Source of the DNA: Octopus vulgaris
Lineage: Eukaryota
Assembly (NCBI GenBank): GCA_951406725.2
Contig: OX597824.1
Location: 87,296,001 to 87,360,000 of the forward strand
Direction: 5' to 3'
DNA length: 64,000 nucleotides
The translations under genes were made by a program, and so were the position numbers. Of the stretch, positions 24,782-39,218 are shown one piece after another. The notes below the pieces were generated by a model. That model was not told the origin of the DNA. It saw only the letters and a program-made list of their open reading frames with translations, and made no database searches. Numbering within the stretch: the stretch's first letter is position 1; every line of letters begins with the position of its first letter.

Positions 24782-25346
24782 CTGTTGTGTCTGGGGAGAG
24801 TCATTTTCTTTTTGTGCCTTATAATATGACACACTCACTGGTAAAATTTCCACTTTTTTTCTTATTTTTATTTTCCTAAAATTTTTGTTGCGTCTTGCAA
24901 CCTTTTCAATAGTCTTGACTCTGTCCGTTATTTACACTGTGTCCCCTTTTGTTTGTTTGTGCACATGTGTGTGTGTGTGTGTGTGTGCCTATACATACAT
25001 AGAAAATACACAAACACAGACATGCAAGCACATAAATATGCAGGATACGTGCATACATATACACATATGCATACACACACATATATACATACATACACAT
25101 GCAAACACACACATACATACATGCATGTATAGGCATACACATACACACTGACCCACACACATGCGCACAAACAAACAAAAGGAAACGCAGTGTAAATAAC
25201 GGACAGAGTCAAGACTATTGAAAAGGTTGCAAGACGCAACGAAAATTTTAGGAAAATAAAAATAAGAAAAAAAAAGTGGAAATTTTACTGGTGAGTGTGT
25301 TAAATTATAAGGCACAAAAAGAAAATGACTCTCCCCAGACACAACA
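24782..25346. repeat. Fold-back repeat, ~190-bp arms around a TG/CA tract (single copy also at 14374-14570)
   Basis: ctgttgtgtctggggagagtcattttc... / ...gaaaatgactctccccagacacaacag. Confidence 0.9.
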
Positions 25347-27077
25347 GAATATGCTTCAACACACGAACTCATATAAAGAATCTTGCAAACTAAATCCCAA
25401 AACGAAATATATATATACAAAACTACATTTTGATTCTCAGCTTTTTAGGTTAAAATCTTTCCAAGTTGCTTTGATATTAACAGCTTTTGATAGAGAGATA
25501 AAATGAGTACAACACCCAGACCACTGGGCCATGGACCTTCATTCTTTATTAGTTATTAATCAAATAACTAATGAATTATTTGATTTATCATTCAGTTAAT
25601 GAATCAATCAGTAATGTCTGGCAAAACCTATCATCACCATTAACTACCTCTTCAATGACATGCTTTCTCTATTCCAGGTCAGCTTCAGGTCTGTCTATTA
25701 ATCTGTCAATATACTGGTATTTAAGATGACAAGACTTATGAATCCTCTTGGCAGTTAAGAGTTACCAAGGCAAGTACTACACTACCATTAACCACCAACC
25801 ATGCTAGTGACATAGAGTAGAAACCACTAAGCATTTTGCCTGGCGTGCTAACATTTCAGCTAGCTTGTCATCTTGGGCAATGCCTTTATTGGAGTAGCAT
25901 TTTAGGCCTGCTGTATAAGCCCATATTAGTTTGGGAGCCCATTGGAGGGTGGTGGTGTTGAGTAAACTCGAGAGTTGTCATCATCATCATCATCATCATC
26001 ATCGTTTACTGTCTGCTTTCCATGCTAGCATGGTTTGGACGATTTGACTGAGGTCTGGTGAACCAGATGGCTGCACCAGACTCCAATCTGATCTGGCAGA
26101 GTTTCTACAGCTGGATGCCCTTCCTAATGCCAACCACTCCGAGAATGTAGTGGATGCTTTTACATGCCCCCAGCACGAGGGCCAGTCCGGCGGTGCTGGC
26201 AACGGCCATGCTCAAATGGTGTTTTTTACATGCCACCTGCACAGGAGCTAGTCCAGTGCTACTGGCAATGACCTTGCTCGAATGTTTTTTCACGTTCCAC
26301 TGGCACAATTGCCAGAAAGGCGATGCTGGTAACGATCATGCTCGAATGTTTACCAGGCAGTATATACTCTAGCTACACCACAAGCTCCAAGCTGGCACAA
26401 CAGCTGAGTAGCTCAGCACCCATGCACCTCTGGGCCCATTGCTGTACCAAGATCCCCTTGCAGATTACACTTGGACTACAAGGTACTCGTTTGCTCTACG
26501 TGTCCATAAGAAGGCACTGCAGAATCTTGACTGTAGAAAGGCAATGCACCAGCAGAAGTACATTTACATACTCTGCTGCTCTTTTCATCCCTACAAAGAG
26601 GGTTAGCCAGCGGCTGGTGGCTGGTGGTAGTAACTGAGAGTGGTGTGGAAGAAACAGCACAAACTGAGTATAGACACTACTACTATAAATACTAGAGCAT
26701 AGAGACTTCATACTGTGCACACAACACACACACACACTCACACACACTTAATAGATACCCATCAAATGAGTTAATAGATATCTATCAACAGGAAATGTAA
26801 CTGTTTGAAGAGAATTTGTCTGGTGTTGGATTTAAGAAAAACTGTTCCTTGGCACAAATTGCTTAGAGATGACTGTCTTTCATATGTTTAATTAGTTACT
26901 TAATGAAATGGGAGGGAATTTTCTTCGGCTTTGAACACCGGATTCTGAGACTTACTATGAATCATTGTGGCACAGGGTTTTGTTATATAAGAGAATTTGA
27001 TTTAATTCTTGTACTTATTCAGTCAAGTCAAATGACTGAATAATGGATACGACTGAAAGGAAGATCTCAGGGGAAGA

Positions 27078-27206
27078 AATCATCATCATCATCATCATCA
27101 TCACCATCATCATTGTTGTCGGCATCGTTGTTCTCATTGCCAGCATCGTCATCATCATCATCATCCATCATCAACATCACCATCGTTGTCATCATCATCA
27201 TCACTG

Positions 27207-27269
<63 letters not shown>

Positions 27270-27310
27270 CCACCACCACCACCACCACCACCACCACCAC
27301 CACCACCACC

Positions 27311-27344
<34 letters not shown>

Positions 27345-27358
27345 TTATCATCATCACC
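27078..27358. repeat. (CAT)n/(CAC)n microsatellite
   Basis: Directly visible. Confidence 0.95.
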
Positions 27359-28567
<1,209 letters not shown>

Positions 28568-29464
28568 GACATGTATAGTTTTGTAACTCCTATTAGCAAA
28601 TGAAACGTGTGTAATGGTGAAAAAAATGATACCATCAAATTCTTTCCGACATCCTGTTTTGTTATATAGTAACTCTGCAGGCAATATTTACCGAATGTTC
28701 AGCTCTTGTATTTACTTCACATAAACATTACCACTACATACCGGATTGGAATACTGGAATAAGCAGATGTGCTTCAAGAGGACACACCTTGGTGCTTTAC
28801 ATTATCATCATCATCATCATCATTGTCATCGTCGTCATCATTGTTATCATCATCATCATCATCATCATCATTATCATCGTCATCATTATGATGATGATCG
28901 TCATCATCAGCCTTTAACATCCGTTTTCTATGCTGGTATGCGTTGGATGGTTTGACAAGAGCTGGTCTGGTCTACGAAATCCACTCACAAGGTTTTGGTC
29001 AGCCTGAGGCTATAGTAGAAGGTACCACACAGTGTGACTGAACCCGGAGCCATGTAGTTGGGAAGCAAGCTTCTTATTTCTTTACTACCCACAAGGGGCC
29101 AAACACAGAGAGGACAAACAAGGACAGACAAACGGATTAAGTTGATTAAATTGACCCCAGTGCATAACTGGTACTTAATTTATCGACCCCAAAAGGATGA
29201 CAGGCAAAGTCGACCTCGGCAGAATTTGAACTCAAAACATAGCAGCAGATGAAATACCGCTAAGCATTTCACCTGGCATGCTAACGATTCTGCCAGCTCA
29301 CCTCCTTCTTACCACACAGCCACAAATTCTATCCAACCTTAAAAACCATAGCCATCACCTGTGAATGAGTATGACACAGCACTGTATCAAGCTTTTGGTA
29401 AATTATCTACACAGTTGCAGAACCAGGGCCAGATTAAGACCCACAGAAGCCTTTAAGAACTTAA

Positions 29465-29583
29465 GTAAGTAGCTTGCTTACGAACCACTTGGGCAAGTGT
29501 CATCTACTATAGCCTCGGGCCGACCAAAGCCTTGTGAGTGGATTTGGTAGACAGAAACTGAAAGAATCCCGTTGTATATATGC

Positions 29584-29623
<40 letters not shown>

Positions 29624-29852
29624 GTGTGTGTGTGTATGTGTGTGTGTATGTTTGTATGTCTGTGTTTGTCCCCCCAACATCGCTTGACAACCAATGCTGG
29701 TGTGTTTACATCCCCGTAACTTAGCAGTTCGGCAAAAGAGACCGATAGAATAAGTACCAGGCTTACAAAGAATAAGTCCTGGGGTCGATTTGCTCAACTA
29801 AAGGCGGTGCTCCAGCATGGTCACAGTCAAATGGCTGAAACAAGTAAAAGAG
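29465..29852 (+). mobile_element. SINE family A
   Basis: Body and tail match. Confidence 0.85.
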
Positions 29853-29951
29853 TATCCCCTGACCTACTGGACACATCAAGGAAGTGGCTGCTTGAAGGAT
29901 GAGAAGGCTGCACCTATACTCAATTGGCTCTCACATATTGAAAATTTCAGA

Positions 29952-29988
<37 letters not shown>

Positions 29989-29989
<1 letters not shown>

Positions 29990-30396
29990 TAGCAGTATCG
30001 CCCGGCGTTGCTCGGGTTTGTTTCGACCCTTTAGAATTGGAATTTTTGAAAAGTAAAAATTTTGCATCATGTAGCTTGTTATTCTCTTTAAGTGAACAGT
30101 TTTCCAGTTGAAATACGCCGTAAAATGGCGACACAGCAGTAAAAAAAATCGTTAAAAATAGGGATTTTCATAGAAAAAAAAGCATCTTTTTGATGTAAAT
30201 AATTTTCGGTGTTGACATGGTCCGATTTGAATTTTTTCTTGTATGGAAGGAAGAGCAAGCCTTCTTCTATCACACTTTCAATTTTGGTCAACTCTGGTCG
30301 CAGGGTCTCAGAGGATATAGTGTTAGTTGAAGGCTTCCAAACCTGCCATACACAGACAATTTCAGCTTTATAGATATATACAGAAATATATATAGA
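29989..30396 (-). mobile_element. Non-autonomous Helitron
   Basis: Minus-strand 3' end has the hairpin cccgagcaacgccggg, an 8-nt spacer, then CTAG followed by T. The 5' TC start lies at 30374 or 30396. Confidence 0.75.
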
Positions 30397-30789
30397 GCAC
30401 GATTTATTCAAGATCAGAGTTGTCCGAAAACCAAGATATAACTGTATTTGATATTGCCTCAGAATTCCTTCTTATTGCTTACTCACATCCTCACCATTTT
30501 CACCAATTTTCTAGAATTCCAGATTTTACAATACTTTGTGAATTTTCAGTTTCATATCCTGTTTAAATAGCTGTTCCAATTTGAGTTCAGTCATCAATCA
30601 ACGTATCTATTGTTTCTTACAGGCCTTTTTTTGGCTCTTTTTTTTTGTTTTTTTTTTCATTTTTTCTTTGTTCTTTTTGTTTTTGGGATAAAATACAGTA
30701 CTTTCCATTCTCTTCGTTTAAGAGTCTACTTTTATTTACACAAATGATTATTGTCTTCTTCCCTCTCCAAGGAAACACTTGGTTTTTCA

Positions 30790-31372
30790 AGCACACACAC
30801 ACACACACACACGCGCGCGCGCATGCGCACACACATACACAGATACGAACACACCCACACACAACCGCACACTTACATACACAAAAACATGCACACATAT
30901 ACAAACACACACATGCACACGCATGCATGCATGCACATGCACACACACACAGACACACACACAGAGAAACATACACATGCACGTACACATAGAACACACA
31001 CATATACACACACATATACGCACACTCACGCAGACATAAAAGCACACAAACACACACATGCACACATATACAAACATATACCTAAAGACACACACAAACA
31101 AAATGCACACACACCCACACATACACATACTCACACAGACACAAAAGCACACACACACACAGACAAAACACACACATATACAAAGACACACATAAATACA
31201 CACATACCCACATAGACACAAAAGCATGCACACACACACACACACACACACACAGAGACACAAAAGCACATATACACACCCAGAGACAAAACACACACAT
31301 ATACAAACACACACATAAATACACACACACCCACACACACACACACACACACATACACACACCCACCCAACC
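30790..31372. repeat. Complex (CA)n-rich low-complexity tract
   Basis: Directly visible. Confidence 0.9.
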
Positions 31373-31939
31373 ACTCATGGTCTTTAAGTGCCAAGAAATG
31401 GTACTTGATTAAGTACTAAAAACATATGTTTAACTTGTCCCTACCAATCCTTAAAAACATCCCTCTTAACTGATTCCAATGGACTCTCGTTAATTTTTGG
31501 TGATGTAATTAGACAAGTTTCCTTTTCTCCTCTAAATATACTTTTTTCTGTGAACGCAGACACTTCTGGGTTTGCCAGACATAATTCTTCGCACTTCGTA
31601 ATTTTCTCCGTCTTTTGGAGTAGATCGTCAACAGAAAAATATATTGTTAAAAAAACAGAAAAATCAATATCTCTCAGCAAATGTTATCATAACCTAATAC
31701 TAATCTTTATTGATTGATTGATTGATCAATTGACTGATTCTTCTCATAAAGCTGAGAGGAATTACCAAGTTGGTGCCAGAGAGAAATAGGCAGACGTTGA
31801 GTGTTACGTCTTAGAATGTAATTCAGTGATGAGTCTCAGACGGTAAATCCATCAAATGGAAAAGTAGGCACTGACATACTTAATGAATTGAGTTAATGAA
31901 TTTTACGTAATTAAAAGTATACTTTTAATGAAGAGTGAA

Positions 31940-32330
31940 GGCGTAGGAGTGGCTGTGTGGTAAGTAGCTTGCTTACCAACCACATGGTTCCGGGTTCATT
32001 CCCACTGCGTGGCATCTTGGGCAAGTGTCTTCTACAATAGCCTCAGGCTGACCAAAGCCTTGTGAGTGGATTTGGTAGACGGAAACTGAAAGAAGCCCGT
32101 TGTATATATGTATATGTTTGTGTGTCAGTGTTTGTCCCCACAACATCGCTTGATAACCGATGCTGGTGTGTTTACATCCCCGTAACTTAGTGGTTCGGCA
32201 AAAGAGACTGATAGAATAAGTACAAGGCTTACAAAGAATAAGGCCTGAGGTCGATTTGCTTGACTAAAGGCGGCGCTCCAGCATGGCCGCAGTCAAATGA
32301 CTGAAACAAGAAAAAGAGTAAAGAGTAAAG
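31940..32330 (+). mobile_element. SINE family A, full length
   Basis: Head and tail match. Confidence 0.9.
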
Positions 32331-32672
32331 AGAGTGAATGATTATTTTATTAGTGGACAATTGGGCTGTTCTCATGAATGTTAACCCTTTGGTGTTAGAC
32401 TAGCCATATCCAGCCCAAACTGACCTCATCCAGCTGCAAAATTTCTGCTTGTTTTGTGTTCAGACTGGCCAGATCTGGCCTCTCACACCTTCATTATGAT
32501 GTCACTCTAAAAATAATCAATCACATCATTGAAGTCTCAAAGGTATGAGATAAAGCATAATTAATTCAAAACAATCTGAATGAACAAGTTTTATATTTCT
32601 CAGATTCGTCTAAAGCATTAAACCCAAACAGGTATTCAAATATTTTTAGAATGTCCAGAAAAAATCACTATG

Positions 32673-32837
32673 GGTGTAGGAGTGGCTGTGTGGTAAGTAG
32701 CTTGCTTACCAACCACATGGTTCCGGATTCAGTCCCACTGCATGGTACCTTGGGCAAGTGTCTTTTACTATAGCCTTGGGCCGACCAAAGCCTTGTGAGT
32801 GGATTTGGTAGACGGAAACTGAAAGAAGCCCATCGTA

Positions 32838-32868
<31 letters not shown>

Positions 32869-33272
32869 CTTTACTCTTTTACTTGTTTCAGTCATTTGAC
32901 TGCGGCCATGCTGGAGCACCGTCTTTTAGTCGATCAAATCGACCCCGGAACTTATTCTTTGTAAGCCCAGTACTTATTCTATCGGTCTCTTTTGCCGAAC
33001 CGCTAAGTGGCGGGGACGTAGACACACCAGCATTGGTTGTCAAGCAATGCTAGGGGGACAAACACAGACACACAAACACACACACACATATATATATATA
33101 TATACATATATACGACAGGCTTCTTTCAGTTTCCGTCTACCAAATCCACTCACAAGGCATTGGTCGGCCCGGGGCTATAGCAGAAGACACTTGCCCAAGA
33201 TGCCACGCAGTGGGACTGAACCCGCAACCATGTGGTTGGTTAGCAAGCTACTTACCACACAGCCACTCCTGC

Positions 33273-33273
<1 letters not shown>
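32673..33273. mobile_element. SINE A 5' half (plus) followed by a full SINE A (minus)
   Basis: 32673-32850 is the reverse complement of 33110-33273. Confidence 0.85.
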
Positions 33274-33319
<46 letters not shown>

Positions 33320-33376
33320 TTAGTGAATTGAAGAAATGGAGTTGAACGAAGATTGAACAGAAATCGTTTTATTGCA

Positions 33377-33456
33377 TTCTACACGTGTTTCGAAAGGCAC
33401 AATTTACCAAATTCCGATTGAATAAGGAGACCATATTGTGTCTTTCTCTTCAGAAA
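33377..33456 (-). ncRNA. Type I hammerhead ribozyme motif (left arm)
   Basis: Mirror copy of 33555-33634. Confidence 0.7.
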
Positions 33457-33554
33457 GAAATAGGAAATCCGTTGGAAAAAACAAAAACAGAACAGAGGCA
33501 GAGCAAAACAAATCGAACGAGGCTCCTAAGAGCCCATGGCCAAACTGCTATTTC

Positions 33555-33634
33555 TTCCTGAAGAGAAAGACACAATATGGTCTCCTTATTCAATCGGAAT
33601 TTGGTAAATTGTGCCTTTCGAAACACGTGTAGAA
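33555..33634 (+). ncRNA. Type I hammerhead ribozyme motif (right arm)
   Basis: TTC-CTGAAGA-GAAAGACACAAT...ATTGTGCCTTTC-GAAA-C(ACGT)G-TA-GAA: intact core, 12-bp stem II with one mismatch, palindromic stem III. Confidence 0.78.
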
Positions 33635-33845
33635 TGCAATAAAACGATTTCTGTTCAATCTTCGTTCAACTCCATTTCTTCAATTCACTAATAATATTAA
33701 AATTCAATTATCCGCACCAACGCACGGTTGCAACACCATATGGTTGTACCTCCAACCGTGCTGTCTTCTGCTGTGATTTTTGCTACCAAGGTATCGGTTA
33801 AACTTTTGATTAATCTGCAACAAGATTATTCATCTTTCTATTTCA

Positions 33846-33889
<44 letters not shown>

Positions 33890-34474
33890 GGGTGTATAAG
33901 TTTGTGTGTTTGTGCTTGTTCCCCCAACATTGCTTGAGAATCGATGCTGGTGTGTTTACGTCCCCGTCACTTAGTGGTTCGGCAAAAGAGACCTATAGAA
34001 TAAGTACTAGCCTTCCAAAAGAATAAGTCCTGGGGTCGATTTGCTCAACTAAAGGCGGTGCTCCAGCATGGCCGCAGTCAAATGACTGAAACAAGTAAAA
34101 GGGTAAGAGAGTAGAAAGAGTAAAGAGTATATACTTGTAAAGGTATGTTGGAATCAGATATTGTTGTCGGGACAATTTCTTCCAGATCTACATTATTTGG
34201 AAGCGATAGAAAATATTTTTGTCTTGAAAATAGCAAATCCATTTTTTTGGTCACACAAATCACACCAGGTAAATGAAAATTGTGACCACAGTCGTTGTTG
34301 TCCAGTAAACACTTTTGTATTTTTGCTGAAATTTCAAGGCCAATATAAATAAACGGCATGAGGCTTTTTATGCTGATTTGGAGAAATTCAGAAGAATTAG
34401 CCATTAATATTGCCAGGACAACAAGTTAATTTGTGCAATGTCACTCTTGGATCTATTTTTAAAAAATTCAACAT

Positions 34475-34709
34475 ACTCTTTAACTTGTTTCAGTCATTTG
34501 ACTGTGGTCATGCTGGAGCACCGCCTTTAGTCATGCAAATCAACCCCAGGCCTTATTCTTTGTAAGCCTAGTACTTATTCTATCGGTCTCTTTTGTCGAA
34601 CTGCTAAGTTATGGGGACATAAACACACCAGCATTGGTTGTCAAGCGATGTTGTGGGTACAAACCACTGACACACAAGCATATACACACACACACATACA
34701 TACACACAC

Positions 34710-34771
<62 letters not shown>

Positions 34772-34905
34772 TGCGATGGGCTTCTTTCAGTTTCCGTCTA
34801 CCAAATCCACTCACAAGGCTTTGGTCGGCCCGAGGCTATAGTAGAAGACACTTGCCCAAGGTGCCATGCAGTGGGGCTGAACCCGGAACCATGTGGTTTG
34901 TAAGG
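34475..34905 (-). mobile_element. SINE family A
   Basis: Body and tail match. Confidence 0.85.
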
Positions 34906-35019
34906 TAAAGAGTAAATTTCGTCTAAAAGTAGAAACTGGCTCAACTCTGTCCCAAACCTTCCTTTGCACAAAACCTTAGTAATTGTGTTTTAAACTATAA
35001 ACAAAGCCACCATCGCTGC

Positions 35020-35430
35020 CGCCACCTTCTCCTTCCCTCCCTCCTTCCCCCTCCTCCTCCTCGTCCCTCGCTCCTCTTCATCCCTTCCTGCCCTTCCTTT
35101 TCCTCCTCATCCCTTCCTGCTCTTCCTTCTCCTCCTCTCTCCTTACTCCTCTTCATCCCTCTATCCTCCTCCACCTCATCCCTCTATCCTCCTCATCCCC
35201 ACTCCTCATCCTTTTCTTCCATCTGTCCTCCTCATCCCTGCCTTCTCCTCCTTTTCCTCCATCTTTCCTCCTACTTTTCCTCCATCTGTCCTCTTCCTCA
35301 TCCCTACCTCCTCCTCCTTTTCCTCCAACTGTCCTCCTCCTCGTTCCAACCTCCTCCTCTCCCTCCATCTGTCCTCCTCCTCCTGGTCCCTCTCCCCTCC
35401 CCCCCTCATTCTCATCCCTCCTTCCCCCAC
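35020..35430. repeat. Polypyrimidine low-complexity tract
   Basis: Directly visible CCT-rich sequence. Confidence 0.9.
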
Positions 35431-36119
35431 TTATATTTCAACAATATATTTGTTATGTTTTACTTAACATTCCTTCTTCCTTCTCGTACACAAAACTCTT
35501 TCCTATTTCCGATTTTCCAGTTGAATTTAATAATGGCAAACACACTCCAAGTTAAGTTTTCAAATAAATGGGATAGTCTTCATCGCCATAATCCAATGTA
35601 ATTCTAATATCTAATATTCACGCATCTTTTAGACTTTCACTGTATGTTTCTCCTTTATTGCATTTTAATTCATATAACCCCATAACCCCTCCAAACAAAA
35701 CAGCCTCTGACACCCACCCCATCCTAGATTTTTTCCCTCAACTTTATAAATATCTTTTTTACACTTTCCAAGATGTCTAATAAAAAGGTTTCAATATGGC
35801 TTACTCTTCCTCATTCGACTCCCGCTTATTTCCTGATACGTTTCCAAGCATTCGTGTTCAAGTGAGATATTAGCCTTTGAGCAAACATCAATATTTTGAG
35901 ACAAACAACTCTTCAGGTTATTGTTTCATGTTGCTGTTGTTATTGTTGTTGCTGTTGCTTTTCTTTAAGTTCTGGTCAAACTTGTTTTTGTTTTTGTTGT
36001 TTTTTTCATACAGAAATGGAGGCTAAAATATTCTTCTCAGGCAATACAAAGCACAATTGTTACATGAGCAAGGTCTCAAATTATTTACAACGTAGTTCAT
36101 GATCACGATGATGATGATC

Positions 36120-36560
36120 ATCATCATTTGAGCGAGGTTGTTGCCAGTGCTGCTGGACTGGCTCCTGTGCAGGTAGCACATAAAAAGCACCATTTGAGTG
36201 TGGCCATTACCAGTACTACCCGACTGGCCCTTGTGTCCGGTGGGACATAAAAAGCACCATTTAAGCTTGGCCATTGCCAGTACAGCCTGACTGGCCCTTG
36301 TGTCCGGTGGGACATAAAAAGCACCATTTGAGCGTGGCCGTTGCCAGTACTGCCTGACTGGCCCTCATGTCGGTAGCACGTAAAAGCACCCACTACACTC
36401 TCGGAGTGGTTGGCGTTAGGAAGGGCATCCAGCTGTAGAAAGTCTGCCAGATCAAGATTGGAGCCTGGTGCAGCCATCTGGTTTGCCAGTCCTCAGTCAA
36501 ATCGTCCAACCCATGCTAGCATGGAAAGCAGATGTTAAACGATGATGATGATGATGATGA
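36120..36560 (+). mobile_element. Family C retroposon with internal ~64-bp repeats and (GAT)n tail
   Basis: Family motifs present. Confidence 0.8.
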
Positions 36561-36819
36561 TAACGACAAGTACACTGGACAATGTAGTTCCCAATATATA
36601 AAAAGACAAGGGGTGGTCATAACTGGATTGCTTTGGATCATAGGTTTGCTAAATCAGGTCTGATCTATTACTAAACTTCGACCACGGCTTTAAATTTTTA
36701 AAACGTTGTTATAATATGGAAATATTTCTTTGACCAAGGCACCACACCAATTACCTGTACAGGTGAGATATGCATAATTGATTGGGTCAAGCTCGACCGC
36801 TTCAGATTTCCGTGTGCAA
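36560..36819 (+). repeat. Inverted duplicate of 42865-43124
   Basis: 260 bp of otherwise single-copy sequence with only a few differences. Confidence 0.92.
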
Positions 36820-37044
36820 CCCATGCTAGCATGGAAAGCGGATGTTAAACGATGATGATGATGATGATGATGATAGAAAGAAAGGAAGCACATATGATCT
36901 TTGCAAACCATTCAGAGATGACAGAAAGAAACAAATGTGGAAGAAGCCTACAGTTAATGGGTTACTGCTAACCACTATTTCAGTGTATATTTACAGCTTA
37001 GCTGAAAGTCAGTGGCTACAAGGACAGAAATTTATTTCCAGTAA

Positions 37045-37807
37045 AGAGTTGGTGAAGTATGGAACAAACTGCCGGCATCAGTTGTTAGTTGTTGGAGCAC
37101 TGCATCCTTCAAAACTTCCTGAGATTCGCCAACACCACACCTGATTTTTCTCCCCTCCATACACACGCAAGCATGTATCTGACTCATACACTGTTCACTT
37201 TCCAGACATTTGTACATTACTGCATATGCTTTATACGCACTTTTGACAAGTTGTGGCACACCTGAGCACTGTATACAATAATTTCATTATTATTATCCTT
37301 ATTATTATATATACATACATCCTTCAAAAGTCGGAGCACTGCATCCTTCAAAACTTCCATGCTTCCTGAGATTCGCCAACACCACACCTGATTTTCTCCC
37401 CTCCATACACACACAAGCATGTATCTGACTCGTACACTGTTCACTTCCCAGACATTTCTACATTACTGCATATGCTTTACACGCACTTTTGACAAGTTGT
37501 GGTGCACCTGAACACTGTATACAATAATTTCATTATTATTATCATTATTATTATACATACATACATACATACATACATACATACATCCTTCAAAAGTCGG
37601 AGTACTGCATCCTTCAAAACTTCCATGCTTCCTGAGATTCGCCAACACTACACCTGATTTTCTCCCCTCCATACACACACAAGCATGTATCTGACTCGTA
37701 CACTGATCACTTTCCAAACATTTGTACATTACTGCATATGCTTTATACACACTTTTGACAAGTTGTGGTGCACCTGAGCACTGTATACAATAATTTCATT
37801 ATTACTA

Positions 37808-37865
<58 letters not shown>
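37045..37865 (+). mobile_element. Three tandem copies of a CR1 LINE 3' end
   Basis: ~260-bp units matching the 3' end of 13558-14262, each ending in caataatttcattattatt. Confidence 0.88.
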
Positions 37866-38094
37866 GAGGAATTACAATCGTGTTTCGTGGTCTGCTACCA
37901 CAACAGTTCCTTTATAGGATCCAGTTAGCTCAAGACATCATCAGGAGGAACCACGTCCGGTTTCGGCCCCTACTCCTCTACCGTTTTGACGTGGCGGGGG
38001 CCCCCCCCCTTTCGGAGGTGTCTTCAGCTCTGGTGTTGGGTGCATGTCTTCTTTCTTCTTCTTTCTTCTGTTCCCTGGCCTTCTTCGATGTATC

Positions 38095-38127
<33 letters not shown>

Positions 38128-38461
38128 AATAGAATCATATCCCAAGATGTTAAAAAGTGGTTGAATCCATGTCGCTTCTGGCAATGAGCCTCCACTGAAA
38201 AACCACATCAGCCACAAACAAACACTCCCACAGCACAATGCTAGGTGCAGCAGACAGCAGAATATCAAGATATTGAGCTGCTTCATTGAACTTCGTTAAA
38301 GCTTTGTTCTAATTATAATAACCTATTGATAATTAAACAAAAAAACTCGATGAATTGAGAGAGAAAGAAAAATGCAAATGAATCCGGGTAAAGAATAATA
38401 AAAGTCGTTATACACAAGGGCAAGTCGTTAATTATTCACAACAAACTTATAAATAAATATT

Positions 38462-38645
38462 ATTACCAGGGCTAATTTTTTTTCCAAGAGAGTGTTACCT
38501 TCATTACCATAACGATCCAAAAGTTGTTGATGATGTTTCAAAGTAGTTTTGCTTCAGCAATTCAGGGAGTTGTTTTGGGATTCGTCTTGCACAAATTTTT
38601 TTTTCTAAAGCCAAGTCAGCTGGAGAGGATTTCATTTATTGAGCC
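38462..38645 (-). pseudogene. Mariner transposase fragment
   Basis: Frameshifted GSINEILSS*LGFRK-ICARRIPKQL...QLLDRYGNEG, equivalent to the WVP-motif linker. Confidence 0.6.
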
Positions 38646-38786
38646 ATCCTCCTCCTCCTCCTCCTCCTCCTCATCATCATCATCATCATCACCACCACCA
38701 CCACCACCACCACCACCGTCATCATCATCATCATAATCATCATCATCACCACCACCACCACCATCACCACCACCACCACCACCACC

Positions 38787-38820
<34 letters not shown>

Positions 38821-38977
38821 TCACTATCATCATCACCATCATCACCACCACCACCACTACCACCACCACCATCATCATCATCTTCATCGTCATCATCATC
38901 ATCATCATCATCTTCATCGTCATCATCATCGTCGTCATCATCATCATCATCGTCGTCATCATCATCATCATCATCAT
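38646..38977. repeat. (CCT)/(CAT)/(CAC) microsatellite
   Basis: Directly visible. Confidence 0.95.
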
Positions 38978-39024
38978 TTTAATGTCCAGCTTTCCATGTC
39001 TGCTAACGATTCTGCCAGCTCGCA

Positions 39025-39218
39025 GATTAATATCGTGACTGAGGAGAGTGGCAAGCTTGGATTGACGATTAACTGCATGGAAACCTTCTCAATGGTCTGT
39101 ACCAAAAAAGCACAGGTAAAGCATGTCGCTTGACTGTAAATGGAATTGGGGCAAAACAGAAGGACAGTTTTATATATCTGGGAAATTGGATAACATCAGA
39201 TGGAAGGTCAGATAAGGG
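39025..39218 (+). mobile_element. RTE LINE reverse transcriptase fragment
   Basis: EESGKLGLTINCMET...TVNGIGAKQKDSFIYLGNWITSDGRSD, with a frameshift. Confidence 0.75.

Larger units (their letters stand above)
33312..33699. repeat. Near-perfect 152-bp inverted repeat with 84-bp spacer (Penelope-like pseudo-LTR pair)
   Basis: Arms 33312-33463 and 33548-33699 differ at one visible position. Confidence 0.9.
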
